Shown here: positions 1 through 16,034 of the stretch, piece after piece
Layout: each line of letters starts with the position of its first letter
Position numbering within the stretch: the stretch's first letter is position 1
Assembly: GCF_009914755.1 (NCBI RefSeq)
Contig: NC_060927.1
From: the human T2T-CHM13v2.0 reference genome, Homo sapiens
Length of the DNA: 64,000 nt
Direction: 5' to 3' (one strand)
Notes under the pieces: model-generated
Told to the model about the DNA's origin: nothing
The model's input: only the letters and a program-made list of their open reading frames with translations
Database searches by the model: none
Translations under genes and position numbers: made by a program

Positions 1-278
<278 letters not shown>

Positions 279-499
279 CTATTTCTATACCCCTCGCTAC
301 TCATAGTCCCCAGTCTGGGCTATGTGCTCTTCTTTGGGCACCAAGAGTGCTCTGCACTTTCCCATCCTAACAAGACTCATTGTATACCAGAAGTACATAT
401 TCAAATGTCTCTCCTGCTAGATGTGGGCTTCATGAGGTCTGACCCCTGCCTATGTTGTTGGTCAATGCTTCTGTACCACCTAGCATCAGAGCTTACATT

Positions 500-1015
500 T
501 TGAGAGACAATCCTTTCCATTTCAAATCACATAAACCCAATTATATTGGCTTAGGAGCAAAAGAGAATTTGTTTACTTACATAACTGAAAATTCCAGAAG
601 GGTCTGGTTTTAATAAAACCAAGTCCTCAGACAGTGTCGTCAGAAATCTGTCCTTCTTTGTAACCCAGCTCCTTTTTTCTCAGTTTTGGCTTCATGCTCA
701 GGTAGGTATTTCTTACGAGGTGCAAAGATGACTACCAATTGCTCCAGGCTTACATCCTGCCATGTTAAGAAACCCAGCAAAAGGCAAATATCTCTTCCAA
801 TAGGGCTTGCATGAATCCTTGCAGAGTCTTTGGTCCAGGGTGGGTCACATGCCCATCCCTAAGCCAGTCATGTGGCTCAGATTGGCCAGCCCTTGATAAA
901 GGACAGAACATTGGTAGGGTGAGAGTGGTTCCCCAGAGGAAAATAGAGGAACTTTTACCAGAAAGAAGGGTAATGGATTCTGGCAGGCAAAAAATGTCAG
1001 ATGTCCACTACACTC
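500..1015. mobile_element. Old ERVL/MaLR-type LTR fragment (LTR33/MLT1-like)
   Basis: Degenerate motifs such as aaacccaa..tggctta..gaatttgttt..ataactgaaaa and tgggtcacatgcccatccct; family assignment tentative. Confidence 0.55.
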
Positions 1016-1579
1016 CCCATCTGTAACTGGTGCTTTGAAGATACGGGTTCTTGCTGCTGGGCCAGCACTCTGCCTAGAAGACCAGGGAAGCATTTGGAAG
1101 GCTTCCTGTCTTGTCTTTAGAGAGGAAGGCAGTTGTCTATATGTGTACTTTAAGCTGCCCCATTCATAGACCCTCTGTAAGCCTATTGCTGGCAGATAGG
1201 AGGTCCCCAGCCCATGGGAGGGGCAAGGGAGAAATGTGTATGAGTGGGAAACAGGGTCTTAATTTGCTGGGCTGCAGTGACACCAGGGCCAGGGGCCTAG
1301 GCAGAAGCATTAGCTCTAAGGGCATATCCAGGAAAACAGAGCCACATGCTACCCTGTTCCTCCAGTGGATACACAAGGACCATGCCCCACATCTCCAGCT
1401 CTTCACAACCCTCTCCAGGGTTTCTGCTCCACCCGAGTTTGTGCACAGAAATGGAGAAAGTTAAGTCTTTAACTTCTCTACCTCATCTACCTCTGTCAAG
1501 GATTTCCCTTTACTCTCCCTGTGGGGTATCTGTGCCCATGGCATCTTTGTGTGCTGGGACCGGCTATGGGCATGCTTTC

Positions 1580-1865
1580 TTTCTATCTTTTTTTCTTTTT
1601 TTTTTTTTTAAGACAGAGTCTCACCCTGTCACCCAGGCTGGAGTGTGGTGGCGTTATGTCAGCTCACTGCAACTTGTGCCTCGGCCTCCTGAGTAGCTGG
1701 GATTACAGGGGCCCGCCACCACACTCCGCTAATTTTTGTATTCTTAGTAGAAACAGGGTTTCGCCATGTTGTCCAGGCTGGTCTCAAACTTCTGGCCTCA
1801 GGTGATCTGCCCGCCTTGGCCTCCCCAAGTGCTGGGATACAGGAATGAGCCACCGCATTTGGGCC
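1580..1865 (-). mobile_element. Alu (S-type), antisense, TSD gggcatgytttc
   Basis: Reverse-complement Alu with a poly-T head and flanking direct repeats at 1568-79 and 1866-77. Confidence 0.95.
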
Positions 1866-2536
1866 GGGCATGTTTTCATTGACAGGGATAAGGAGGAGAA
1901 AGAGGGTGGTCCTTCAAAGCAGGCCTGCCCCGGGCTGAGCCTTGGGAAAATGGCAGCATGTTGTAGCCTATTGGGGGACCCGGCAGGGGAGACTGCTGGG
2001 TCAGCTAGCCACCTCTGTGGTCCTCCTTGCATGGTCCTCCTCAATGCTCCTTTCTGATGTACAGCTTGAGATAAGAAGTCCCTGGAACCAGATGCAGACC
2101 CAGCAGGCAGAATGCTCTGCAGAAGAGAGCTAAGCTTCAGCCCCAGAGGGAATTAAGTAAGGGGATTGGGGAGGGAGAGTGTATGCTTCCTGACCTCCAC
2201 TTGAAAGCATTGTTCTTTTCCTAAGGGAAAACAGCCCCCAGCAGAGCTCACTGGGACATGCAACCCCTCCCTTTTCCTTCCCCATGTCTATATCTAATTT
2301 TTAGAGCAATTGATTAAAATCACTTCCTGAGATTTTTCTAGTTTTGCTTTCTGAATTACAGTTTATGTAACCAAGATCTGTTATAGTGAGTTGTTTCTCC
2401 TAGTTGTCAGATAGCAGAGAAAAAAATGTACGCCCGCAGAATCCAGCCTTTGATCCAGCGTTCCTGGAGAACCCTCACTCATTTATGAAGCGAAAGCTTT
2501 TATGAGACTATAATAATAAAAGCTAAAATGTATATA

Positions 2537-3050
<514 letters not shown>

Positions 3051-6000
3051 CACATTTTTCTAACTTGATGGGCTTTACCTGTCATGTCAAGAATTAATTG
3101 TGGGATGCAAAATCAACAGCAGAGAGACAAGTCAAAAAGCAACTGTAGTGGACCTGAGCCAGGATAGGGCAGGGACAAGGAGTTGCTAAGGATATATTTA
3201 AGAATCGATTAGGATGTCAGAACCAACAACTTAATGAGGGAAAAGGACAGATGTCTAGCTTAGGATATTGGTACCCTGAGTGAAGAGGGGAGTGGTGAGC
3301 CCCATTTAGATATGCTGAGTCGAGGCATCCAGAGGAGATGTCCAGCAGACAGGTGGATGAACTGGCCTGGCCCAAAGACACAGCTCAGTCAGACACACGT
3401 TCATTTGGGAGTTTAGTGGCCAAAGAACAAATGATCTCCATGGGGCGGTTGGCGAAGGCTTCCTGGGTGAGGTTGGCTTTGAGCCAGGCTCTGAAGAGCA
3501 GGATGCTCTGAGAAGTGGGGAAATGGGGGGAGGAGGAGTGGGAGAAGGGATGTCAGTGTGATGAGGAGTCTACCATGGAGGAAGCTAGGGAGTAAGGTGG
3601 GCAGGTGCTGGGTTTGGATAAGGGAGGTTATCAGGGAAAAGTGACAGAAAACTTTGGAATGACTTTTGATGACTCCTTCCTCCTAAGTCTGATTTTTAAA
3701 AATGAAAATCGTTACGGAATATTTTAGACTGACGTTCATAGTTGCTACTCCCTCCTTTGCTCTTCCAAAGTAATTTCTTAAAACCAATGTTATGGGGAGA
3801 TGTATGCATTCAACTATCTTTAATATCCTAAAAGACCTTGTTCTTGGATACCTGGGCCACCAGGAGACCTCTCATGTGTCTTATCAGTGGAAACGTAAAG
3901 GGGGCAAGCGAGGAAAGGTGGTGAGAGGTAAAGTCTTGGTCAAAGCAGAGAAGCAACAAGACCCCTTTTGTGTGTACAAGGAGGATGAGCGGTGGAGCTG
4001 GATGCCAGATGAGAAAGCCAGCAGGAGCGTTCTACTGGGAAAAGGACACTTCTTTGGTACCTTCTTTTCACATGGGCCTCCTCCGGTTTTGAGTTTGGTG
4101 GGTATGTTCATTCTTGTTGATATCATAGACCAGGAGTGGCTGTGGGCCGTGACAGTAGCCACATTGCTTCTGCAAGGCTGAGAACACTGCTGTTGCCTGG
4201 TTTGTGTCATAGGCTTGGAGTGTAGAAGCGTACGAATTAGGCTGAAGGTTGAGAATTAGAAGGAGGATATGGTTTAGAAATAGCACAAAGTTGCCAAAAG
4301 ACAGTTTAACAAGACTGTTTACTCCCCCCCCATTATTAGAGCAATACATAATTACCAGAAAACATTTGGAAAATGTGGAAGAAATGTAAACACTTATGGT
4401 CTGACAATTAATTACTGTTAACCTTTTGACATATTTCTTGCAAATCTTTTCTCAATTATAATCTTTTTTAGTTTGCTTTGCTTAGTTATGATCAAGTCAG
4501 ATATACAATAATATATATTAACTTTTTCACCTAATGTTATGACGTCAACATTTGTCCATTAAACTGAATTTTTATTTCATGTGTCAACCAAAACTCTCTT
4601 ACCAGTTTATGAGCAAATCAAGGACCTTCTGGATGATAGCTGGGGGAGAGAAGTAGCAGCTGGGGCTGGAAGGCAGTAGGGTCATTAGTCCAGAGCACCC
4701 ACGTCTGGAGCCCTATTCAGGAACAAGTGAATGCTGAGGGTGGGTGAGGCCAGTGCTGATACTGAGGAAATCCTTCCATTTACCCTTCCCACTTCTCCTA
4801 TTCTGAGAGTTCTAGACCAATCCAAGAGTGATTAGAAAATTAGCCACTGAGCCTCCAAGAGGTTCCTGCAGGCCCTAGAACTAACCTTATTTGAAAGGAA
4901 GAATCCTGGAACCTCCCACAGCTGTGAAAATGAAACCACTTTGGCTGCTTCACTCTTTATACAGAGAAGGAAAGACCTGGGTAAGCTCCCTTTCCCTGTC
5001 TGGAGGCACGATGGCCTCCCAGGTGTTCAGATAACTAATTTACTGACTCCGTTAGCAGTGTGTAGCTTCTGTACAGTAAGTAATCATGTGGTAGAAATTA
5101 TGAATAGTGTACTGGTTCCAAGTTTATGAATTTTTTAGTATGTAAGTTCATTTGTTAATTAGTTAGTTAGTTAGTTATGGGGAAAGTTCGTGTGATCCAA
5201 GGATGAAAATAGGACCTGGGAAGGTGCTTTCTGCAGACTGCTCAGTGTCTCTGAGACATGAACAAATAGCTTGTTTACTTGCAGAGGAATGTGCTATCAG
5301 CCAGGGAAAAGATTTTTTTTTCCCCCTGACTAAATTATCTGGGTGTGGCATAAAAATTAAAACACCCAGAGTAACAATGAAATGGTTTAACGAATCATTT
5401 ATATTAAATACAAGTTTATTGCAATGCTTTTCTCTCCCTATTTGGCATGTTCCACCTTCTTAATCTAACCTAAGTTGTTTCAAGATTGTATTCAGCATGG
5501 CACATGGGGAAATCACACACTTTGGAAACAGGCCCACTTGGGTTTGAATCTGGCAAAGGAACCGACACAATCCTGCTGTATTTTCTCAATAGTTGTATTT
5601 TCTCAGCAGTAAGGTGGAAGCAGTAAACCTATCTCCTTAGGAGTATGTGAGATGAGGTTTGTGAACTATCGGGACCTACAGGGTTGGCCCTTGGTAAACA
5701 GTGATTATTATCTCTTCCCACACTGCCACTTAGGTGGCCCGCATGCCTGGCGGTCCCAATGGCCTGGTCTGGCCTGACCTGCCTTTGAAATGAGACGCCT
5801 GAAATGAGATGGCTGGTACTCTATGACAGGCACCCAAGGATCCTTGAGGAAGATAAAAACAGCCAGCTTTCTCAGAGATTTATGGTTCTGAAGCTCATCT
5901 TTAGTAAGTGTGGATCTTAAATTCATACTTACTGGGCCATTTGCCCAAACCTAGGGTAGAAACCATTCATATCTGTGGAGTTGCTGGAATAACAGCTTTT

Positions 6001-7232
6001 CAGTCCCTTTTCAGAATTTCCATCTGAATGCACTTAGTTTTGCTGCTGGCAGAAGAGCACCCCCAAAACATTCAGCAAAGGTTTTGTGATCTCTTGGGAG
6101 GAACTAGGTGTTACACAAATCACTCGTAAGTGCACAAAAAGAGGAATTGTGCCAGAATTGCTTTTTGGGAGAAGAGATAAGCTCCAACAGTTATCATGTG
6201 GACTTAAATCATTTCCTGCTCTGGCAATTTTCCCATTAATCCTAAGCATGGTCCCTTGCCTGCGGCCTCTTCTCAGTGCACCACTGATCCGCCCAGGCAT
6301 GGCATGTGGTGGGACAGTCCCGGCTGCATTCCCAGGCAAATACTCCTGCCCCTCAAAGTTGTCAGTCCTCCCCTGAGGGGTGTTTTTCATCTATACTAAT
6401 TTTCACCTTTTATTCCTGACTTGTGGCAGCTTGTCGTGAGCCTTGGATAAACAGAAAGGATGTGTCACTCCCTCCAGTGCCTTAGTTCAGAGCAGGCCAG
6501 GGCACAGTATTGCCCTGGATCTCGTGAAGATGGGCTTTGCCCTGGCTGGCCCTACTTGGGCAGGAACATGTGTTCTCCATCCAACATCTCCTGCTGTTTA
6601 TGTTTTTTAAGTGTAAAGGAAGCCTTCAGCCCTAAGCTCTGTGGATCCAGGCCCCCACCAACTTCTTGACAAACTCTTGGCGAGTTTAAGCAGGCGGTTC
6701 TTTTGTGCCTTTACATATCTCATTTCTTAACCCACGAAGTTAGTCATTTCCATAGTGAGCAGGGGATGTCCAAGAACCTAGATTCAAAGTGATTATTTGT
6801 TGGTATCCATAATGGAGAGATGCTTCCCAGGGAGTGTCAAGTCGATTTGTGCCTGAGAAGATGTTTGTTTTGAAGTAGTGCTTGGTGCAGGGTGGGAATA
6901 CTTCATCTGCTAGGTTCAGGAATGCAGATGGGGACTGACCCTGTGGGTGGGTCAGTTAATAAGCAGGCAGCCCCTGCTGGGCTGAGGTCAAAGGGATCCT
7001 GTCCAGCCAGAGGGATTGGACTCCATCAACTAGCTGGCTCCTGGGATTCTCACATTTGATTCACAGTTCTTTAGAGTAACTTCCAGGAGCCCCTCATCTT
7101 CTCCTGCTGAGCAGGCCCTCAGGGCTGGAATCTGGGGTCTGGGGGGCAACTGCACACTCAGATTTTTGCATTATATTACAACTATCAGTACATGCTGCAG
7201 TTGGCCATAGTGTGCTCTGTTTCTGTTTCCAG

Positions 7233-7846
<614 letters not shown>

Positions 7847-8176
7847 TTAGCAACTAAGGATTATATTTGATGGGAGTTACATTAGTCACTTCACATTTTT
7901 ATAACATTCTCTCTTGGGAAGTTGAATGCATGAAACAGTTAAACAACCAGTAGCAGACTCACAAATAGATAAAAAGAGAAACAGACATAGAGAAGAGCTA
8001 GCAATAAAATAATTGAGTGTAACTACCTTGTTTAATAACAAACATGTTATATATTCTTTTGTATGTATCAAATAAAATATGTCAGATTGTCACAATAGGT
8101 CAAAAACCAAAATCTACCCACATGCTAACACAGATCTGAAACAAAGTTACTCAGAACAGTTAGAAGTATAAGGATG

Positions 8177-8546
<370 letters not shown>

Positions 8547-8985
8547 TTACAATATTAATCTCAGTCAAAATGGAATTTCAGGAAAAATCACTGAAAGAAG
8601 ATTATTCATTATGAAGATAGTTGACATTTGAGGACACAAAAGTCATAAAACTTTATGTTCCAAATAACATGAGCAAAGGACACAAACAGGTAATTCACAA
8701 AATAAGAAATATGGTTCAGTCTTGTTGATATCATAGACCAGGAGTGGCTGTGGGCGGTGGCAGTAGCCACATTGCTTCTGCAAGGCTGAGAACACTACTG
8801 TTGCCTGGTTTGTCTCACAGGCTTGGAGTGTAGAAGCATAGGAATTAGGCTGAAGGTTTTCATATGGTCAAACATACGAAAAAATAAGAAAAATGTTGCA
8901 CATATAAATACATGAAAAATATTTAACATGTTTAATAATGGAAGAAATGCAAACTAAATAATGAGAGACCATTTTCCAGCTTTCT

Positions 8986-9295
<310 letters not shown>

Positions 9296-11260
9296 ATTTT
9301 CCAGCTTTCTACTTATCAAAGATATTTTTAAACACAATATTTGGTTTTAGCATGGAGTGGTAGGAGGGAGGATAGAGAATGTAAATAAGTTGCTGGTAAC
9401 AATGTTAATTGATGACACCTTTCTGGAGGAAAATTTGGCAATATCATCTTAAAGCCTTAAAAATATCCCTATTTGTTGATGCAGGCAGTTCCCCTTTATG
9501 GACATAATTATGAATGTGCAAAGATTTAACCATGAGGTACCATCCAGCATAGATTATAATACCGAAAAATTATAAGCAACCCGATGTTCAACAACAGGCA
9601 GTTGGTTAAAAAAACTATAGAATAAATATGCAATCAAATAGCATACAGCCCTTCAAAATGATATGTCGTAAATATTGCTGATATAAAGAAATGGATAGAG
9701 TGTCTCTCTTGTTCTCTCACACACATACACATACAAGCATTTATAAGACTAGAAGGATGGATGCCGAAATATGAAGAGGTTATCTCCTATTGCTCACACT
9801 GGTGGAATTATAGCTAGGATTTTCTCCTTCCCTCTGTACTTCCCTCAGTTTTCATAAAATCAGCTTAAATTACTTTTATGATTTAAAAAATTATTTTAAA
9901 ACCACATGTGGATGTATAGAAGGGAATTCTGGGAAGATGACAGCCTGAGCAGATGGCTCTATTAAAATTCCCTCCCAGGATAAACCCAGGTGGGCCTGCT
10001 GGTGGAGCCTGGAAAGTGCATTAAGGCCCCCAGTTTTCCTGACACCTTCAGGGTAGAGAGCAGGCACAGGATTTATTCTCTCTGGTACTCAGTAAGAAGC
10101 AGGGAACCGCCAACAGAGGAAAATGCTTACGTGTCCCTGAGTCCTTGGACAAACACTCGAATGTATAGTCCCATGAGGTCAACTAGCCAGAAGGAGCTGG
10201 CGGATCGCCTTGGAAAGAGCTCGCACTGCCCACACAATGTGTGTGGTCCTTGGAGGGGCTGCCCTGGTGAGCTGGATTGCTTCCAGTGCTTGTGCCTTGG
10301 AGGAGCCAGTAGTATAGGGGCTTTCTTAGTCTCTGAGGTTTGTTAACTTGGGCTCTGCTGGGCCATGAAAACAGCACTCCTTGCTGGGCCTTGCAGTACT
10401 CCCTCATTTGCCACTTCCCAGAGAGCCTCATAGACTGACCTGCACAGACACTAAGGGAACACACAACCTGGTGCAAGCAAAGAAAAATGCAGCCTCCACT
10501 GAGAAAGTCCAAGTTGGAAAAACTGTAATGAGACTCCCACTGAGGTAAAACTAATGGAAGAGATGGAAGAGAACTGTAACGGACAACTCAGGAAATGAAG
10601 TATAAGTACAAAAGTAACATTTGGAACTTAAAAACTCATGATTTCTAAATATAAAAATTCAGTAAACAGGAGAATGGTCACTGCTGGGAACTGAATTCAT
10701 GTTCTGGAAAAGCAAGTGGAAGAAGAAATATCTTACAATTCAGACCAGAAACACAGAGATGGTAATTGTGAGAGAGAACAGCAGGCATCTAGGAGATGGA
10801 ACATGCAAATGTTAAGAGTTCTAGAAAGAGAAAAAGTAGTAGAAGAAAATTTTCTTGAGCTGAAAACAAAGCTTGAATCTGTGGATTGAAGGAGCTTACC
10901 AAGTCGACAGCAGGATTAGTAGAGGAGCACATGCCTAGATGTATCTGTTGAAATTCTGAAGTTTAAGGACAAAGAGAAAGTCTTACAAGCTACTAGAATA
11001 AGTTATTTTCAAGGAAAACAATTATATTAGTATCAGACTTCTCATCAGCAACACTAAAAGCCAGAAGACTATGAAAAAATGTTTATAGGCTACTGAGAGA
11101 AAAAAATGGAAAGCAAAAATTCTGTATGTGACCAAGATATCATTTATCTATTGAGATAAAAGTTTCTTAGATATGTAATGATTCAGAGAGGGAACAAAAA
11201 ATAAAAATCTGGGTGAGATTGATATTCAGTTATGATACAATTATTAAAAATGTTAGAAAT

Positions 11261-11949
<689 letters not shown>

Positions 11950-12164
11950 TCACAGAGGGAGTAAAGGAGAAGTAAACAAATTGAACAAGCCATCAAAATT
12001 AAGGAAAGGGAAAAAGAACAAATAACAGATAATAAATAGCAAACATAACATAAATAATAGTCATAAAACCTAGTTTGATGAACTAGATTCTTCCAACAAA
12101 GACCAAGACTACATCAGATTGGTTTGACAAATTCAGCTGTATGATATTTCCAAGAATATACCTG

Positions 12165-12985
12165 TCATCAAATAGGAATGATTTTGTCAGTAAGTAAAAG
12201 AAAACTGCTGGGCACGGTGGCTAATGTCTATAATCCCTGCACTTTGACAGGCTGAGGCAGGAGGATCACTTGAGGCCTGGAGGTTGAGGCTGCAGTGAGC
12301 CTTAATCACTCCACTGCCCTCCAGCCTGGGTGCTAGAGCAAGATCCTGTCTTGAAAGAAAGAAAAAAAGAAACAGAAAGAAGGAATGAAAGGAGAGAGAG
12401 AGAGAAAGTGAGAAAGAAAGAAAAGAAAAGGAAGAAAGCTGACAAATAATAGCTTAGACAAATAGGGGATTATTTTTCTCACATAAAAAGCCTGAGTCAG
12501 GTAGTTGGTGGGATTTGGATTTCTGATGATGCCATCAAGAATCTGTTCTTCTGTCTTTCTGCTCCCCTATCCTTGGTATGTTTGCCTTCATCCTCATGCT
12601 TGCTATTTATGATCTCAAAGTCGCAAGCTTCAGATATTGTTTCCACATTTAAAGGAAGAAGATAGGAAGGGGTGGCACTGGCCATGTCAGTCCCTTTTAT
12701 GGAAAGTAAATGCTTTCACAGAAAAACCCAGGAGACTTCTGCTTATGTCTTATTGGCCTGACACAGTGCCTGGCAGATTTCTTTTACTTACTGCCAAAAT
12801 CATTTCTATCTGATGACAGGTATATTCTTGGAAATAGCATACAGTTGACTTAGTCAAACCAATTGGGTATAGCCATTTGTCACATGGCTATCCAATAGCA
12901 ACAGGGGAGGAATTTAGCCCAGCATATTCCTGCTCTCAACAAAATCAGGACAAGGGAGGAATGACTCATAAGTAGATACACTAGT
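12165..12985. mobile_element. LTR33-like solo LTR interrupted by an Alu monomer (12206-12437, GA-rich tail) and an inverted insertion
   Basis: ataggggattatttttctcacataa and gacttctgcttatgtcttattggcc..gtcacatggc motifs. Confidence 0.65.
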
Positions 12986-13109
12986 CAGTATGGGTTTGTT
13001 TATGCTTCAGTAACAACCTCAAAACCTCAGAGGTTTAAACAATAAAAGTCTATTTTTCACTCATGCTACTTCTTTATAATGGGTTGGCTGAGGCTGAGCC
13101 TTTTGTTCT

Positions 13110-13428
13110 GTGGCACTATCCAACAGAAATATAATGCGAGTCACATGTATCATTTAATTTTTTCCAGTAGCCACATTAATGAAAATATTTTTAAAACAAG
13201 TGAAATTAATTTTAATAACATTTTATTTAATCACTATATCCAAAATATTATCTCAATATGTAATCAATAGAAAAAATATTAGTGAGACAATTTATATTCT
13301 TTTTATCTTACTAATCCTTCAAAATCTGATGTGTATTTTATACTTACAGCACATCTTAATTTGGACCAGCCACATTTTGTGTGCTTAGTAGCCACATGTG
13401 ACTAGTAGCTACCATACTGGACAGTATA
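13110..13428. mobile_element. MER33 (hAT-Charlie DNA transposon)
   Basis: tccaacagaaatataatgcgagtcacat ... tagccacatgtgactagtagctaccatactggacag. Confidence 0.85.
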
Positions 13429-15289
13429 ACCATCTTATCCTCATTCACGTGCCTACGCCCCATCTCTTTGCTTCCATGACTGTCACAGCAGAACAAAGGA
13501 AATGTGATAAATCACATTGGCTCTTAAAGTTTTCACTCAGAAAACTCAGAAAAACATGCCTTATTTCAACTTACATTTTATTGGCTAAAGTAAGTCACAT
13601 GACTGCATCTAAGTTCAAGGGAAATGGAAATGTAATCCACATATTCAGAAAGAAAACTGGAATTATTTGGTGGACAGTGCTAATGACAATTACAGTAGGT
13701 GACAGTTTCTGACATAACATATACAGATAAAGGAAGGTAGAAAATAAAGAAATGGGCAAAATATACAAGGCAGATCAAGCAGAAAGCAAGAGTGGCAATG
13801 TTAATATCAGATAAAGCAGAATTCAAATTCAGAAGCATTAAACAGGATAATTAGGGGCACTTTATGACAAATGGTCTAATACATGAACTGTATAGTAGCC
13901 CATAAATCTTTATATATAAAATCAACAATGCTGCCAAAGAAGAAAACTATACACGATAAAAAGCTATCTTCTAAAAATAAACAGCAACCAACACAGGAAA
14001 ATCAATGGTAGGTTCTGGCTAATGGAATAAGCCAAGAAAATGAGACAATTGGTATAAACATGGAAAAGATACAAAGTTAGTCTTATTTGCAGATGACATG
14101 ACTGTTTACATAGAAAACCCAAAAGACTCCACCAAAGTTGATTCAAATCATAACAGATTTTGATTTCTCATGTTTATGAGAAATGTGTGTGCTGTTTCTG
14201 GATAGAAAGGCTTAAGTTCTTCTGGGACAAAAAATGTCAAAGAACCGAGACATTTTTAGAAAGAAAATAAGGAAGACAGCTTGGTATCTTTGTAGATGAA
14301 ATGATATGAGGAAATGGCATGGCAGCCCTGGAAGCTTTCCTGGAGTACTCAGCCGTATCTATCAGGAAATAGAGGCCTTTAGAGGCAGTTCCTCCAGCAG
14401 AGCTGAGCTCACTTGGAGTTACTGTTCATTCATGAACTTCCTTCTATTAACATTTGTCAAGATGGCTTTTTAAAGAATTATGTTAACTTTGAGTTAATTT
14501 AATAATCCAAAGTGGGGTGATACGTCATTTCCATAACACTTGACTAGTCAATCTGGGAGACCAGACGCCAAAGAAAGAGCCCTGTCAGAGTAGGGCAGCG
14601 AATTCCCAGAGGAGGACCCTCTACCTCTTGCACCCTGCTTGCTCAGGACATTTGGAACACAAAGCCCAGGCCTATTAGATGTGGAAGCAGATTCCAGGCC
14701 CATTTCTACTGCTGAGTCCTTAAGTATCTATGCCTCTCAGAATTCAGCATGCCAGAGGAAGAAGGAAGGCCATGGACAGAATGGGACAGATGACCTCTAG
14801 GGTTCCATCCACCCTGCATATTTACTTTTGACCTGGAGAAATGAGGATTTGGAGCCTTTGAGTTTCCAGCTGCTTCTGCAGCAGCGGCTTGGGTTAGCAG
14901 CCATTGCCACCATCACAGCCACAACCTGGACCTACAGACCAGAAGCCTCCAGGGGCTGGGAGGAGTCAGCACCCCAATGGCAAAGACCATGGAGGACCTT
15001 TAAGGGCAAGGACAGCGTAAAACAGATTGCTGGACACTCACAAATATATGCATACCTCATGCTGTATACACACACATACATACATGTAAGCTTCTAGGGT
15101 AATTTTCAAGCCCAAATATCCTTCTAGATCAGCACCTTTGCTTGCTCATAGTGGGCATTTTTTCAGGCCCTTCAGCTGCATTGTTGTGATCTTGCGCGTC
15201 GTTGACATGCTCATCTCATCGAAAGTGTGTTCTGAAGGTGCACCTGTGTGCAGGGGCTGTCTGCACTCTCCTACTAGAGCAGAGCTGAA

Positions 15290-15441
15290 GACTGATTGTC
15301 ACTAGACGGGGAGAGAGTGTCTGCTGGCATCTGGTGAGTAGAGGCCAGGGATGCTGTTAAACATCCTGCAACAAATAGGACATCCCTCACGACAGAGTTA
15401 TCCAGCCCAGAATGTCACTAGTGCTGAGGTTGAGAAACCCT
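15290..15441. mobile_element. MER20 fragment
   Basis: tggcatctggtgagtagaggccagggatgctgttaaacatcctgca...gaggttgagaaaccct. Confidence 0.85.
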
Positions 15442-15456
15442 ACTCTGAAGTGACCC

Positions 15457-15627
15457 AGCCAGGTATGGCAGCACACACCTATAGTCCCAGCTACTCAGGA
15501 GGCTGAGGCAGGAGGATGGCTTGAGCCAGGAGTTTGAGGCCGCAGTGAGCCGTGATCACACCACTGCATTCCAACCTGGGTGACAGAGCAAGACCCCATC
15601 TGTAAAGTAAAATAAAATAAAAATAAG
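15457..15627 (+). mobile_element. Alu right monomer (FRAM/AluJ)
   Basis: Monomer with a (TAAAA)n tail. Confidence 0.88.
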
Positions 15628-15677
15628 GAGACCCAAATAGGCTGTGAGCTTCTGCTTAAAATCTCCTCCACCAAATA

Positions 15678-16034
15678 CTATGCAGCCGTAAAAAAGAAGA
15701 AGTCATGTCATTTGCAGCAACATGGTTGGAGCTGGAGGCCATTAATCTAAGCAAACTAATGCAGCAACAGAAAACCAAATACCGCACGTTCTCACTTATA
15801 AGTGAGAGCTAAACACTGAATACTCATGGACAACAAAGGGAACAACAGACACTGGGGCCTACTTGAGGGTGGAGGTTAGAAGGAGGGTGAGGATGAAAAG
15901 ACTATCTCTTGGGTACAGTGCGTATTACCTGGGTGATGAAATAATCTGTGCACTAAACCCCCATGACATGCGATTTACCTATATAACAAACCTGCACATG
16001 TACCCCTGAACCTAAAATAAAAGTTTTTTTAAAA
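15678..16034 (+). mobile_element. 5'-truncated primate L1PA 3' end
   Basis: tatgcagcc.taaaaaag...gttctcacttataagtg...aacaaacctgcacatgtacccctgaacctaaaataaaag; degenerate TSD atstcctccrccaarta. Confidence 0.9.
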
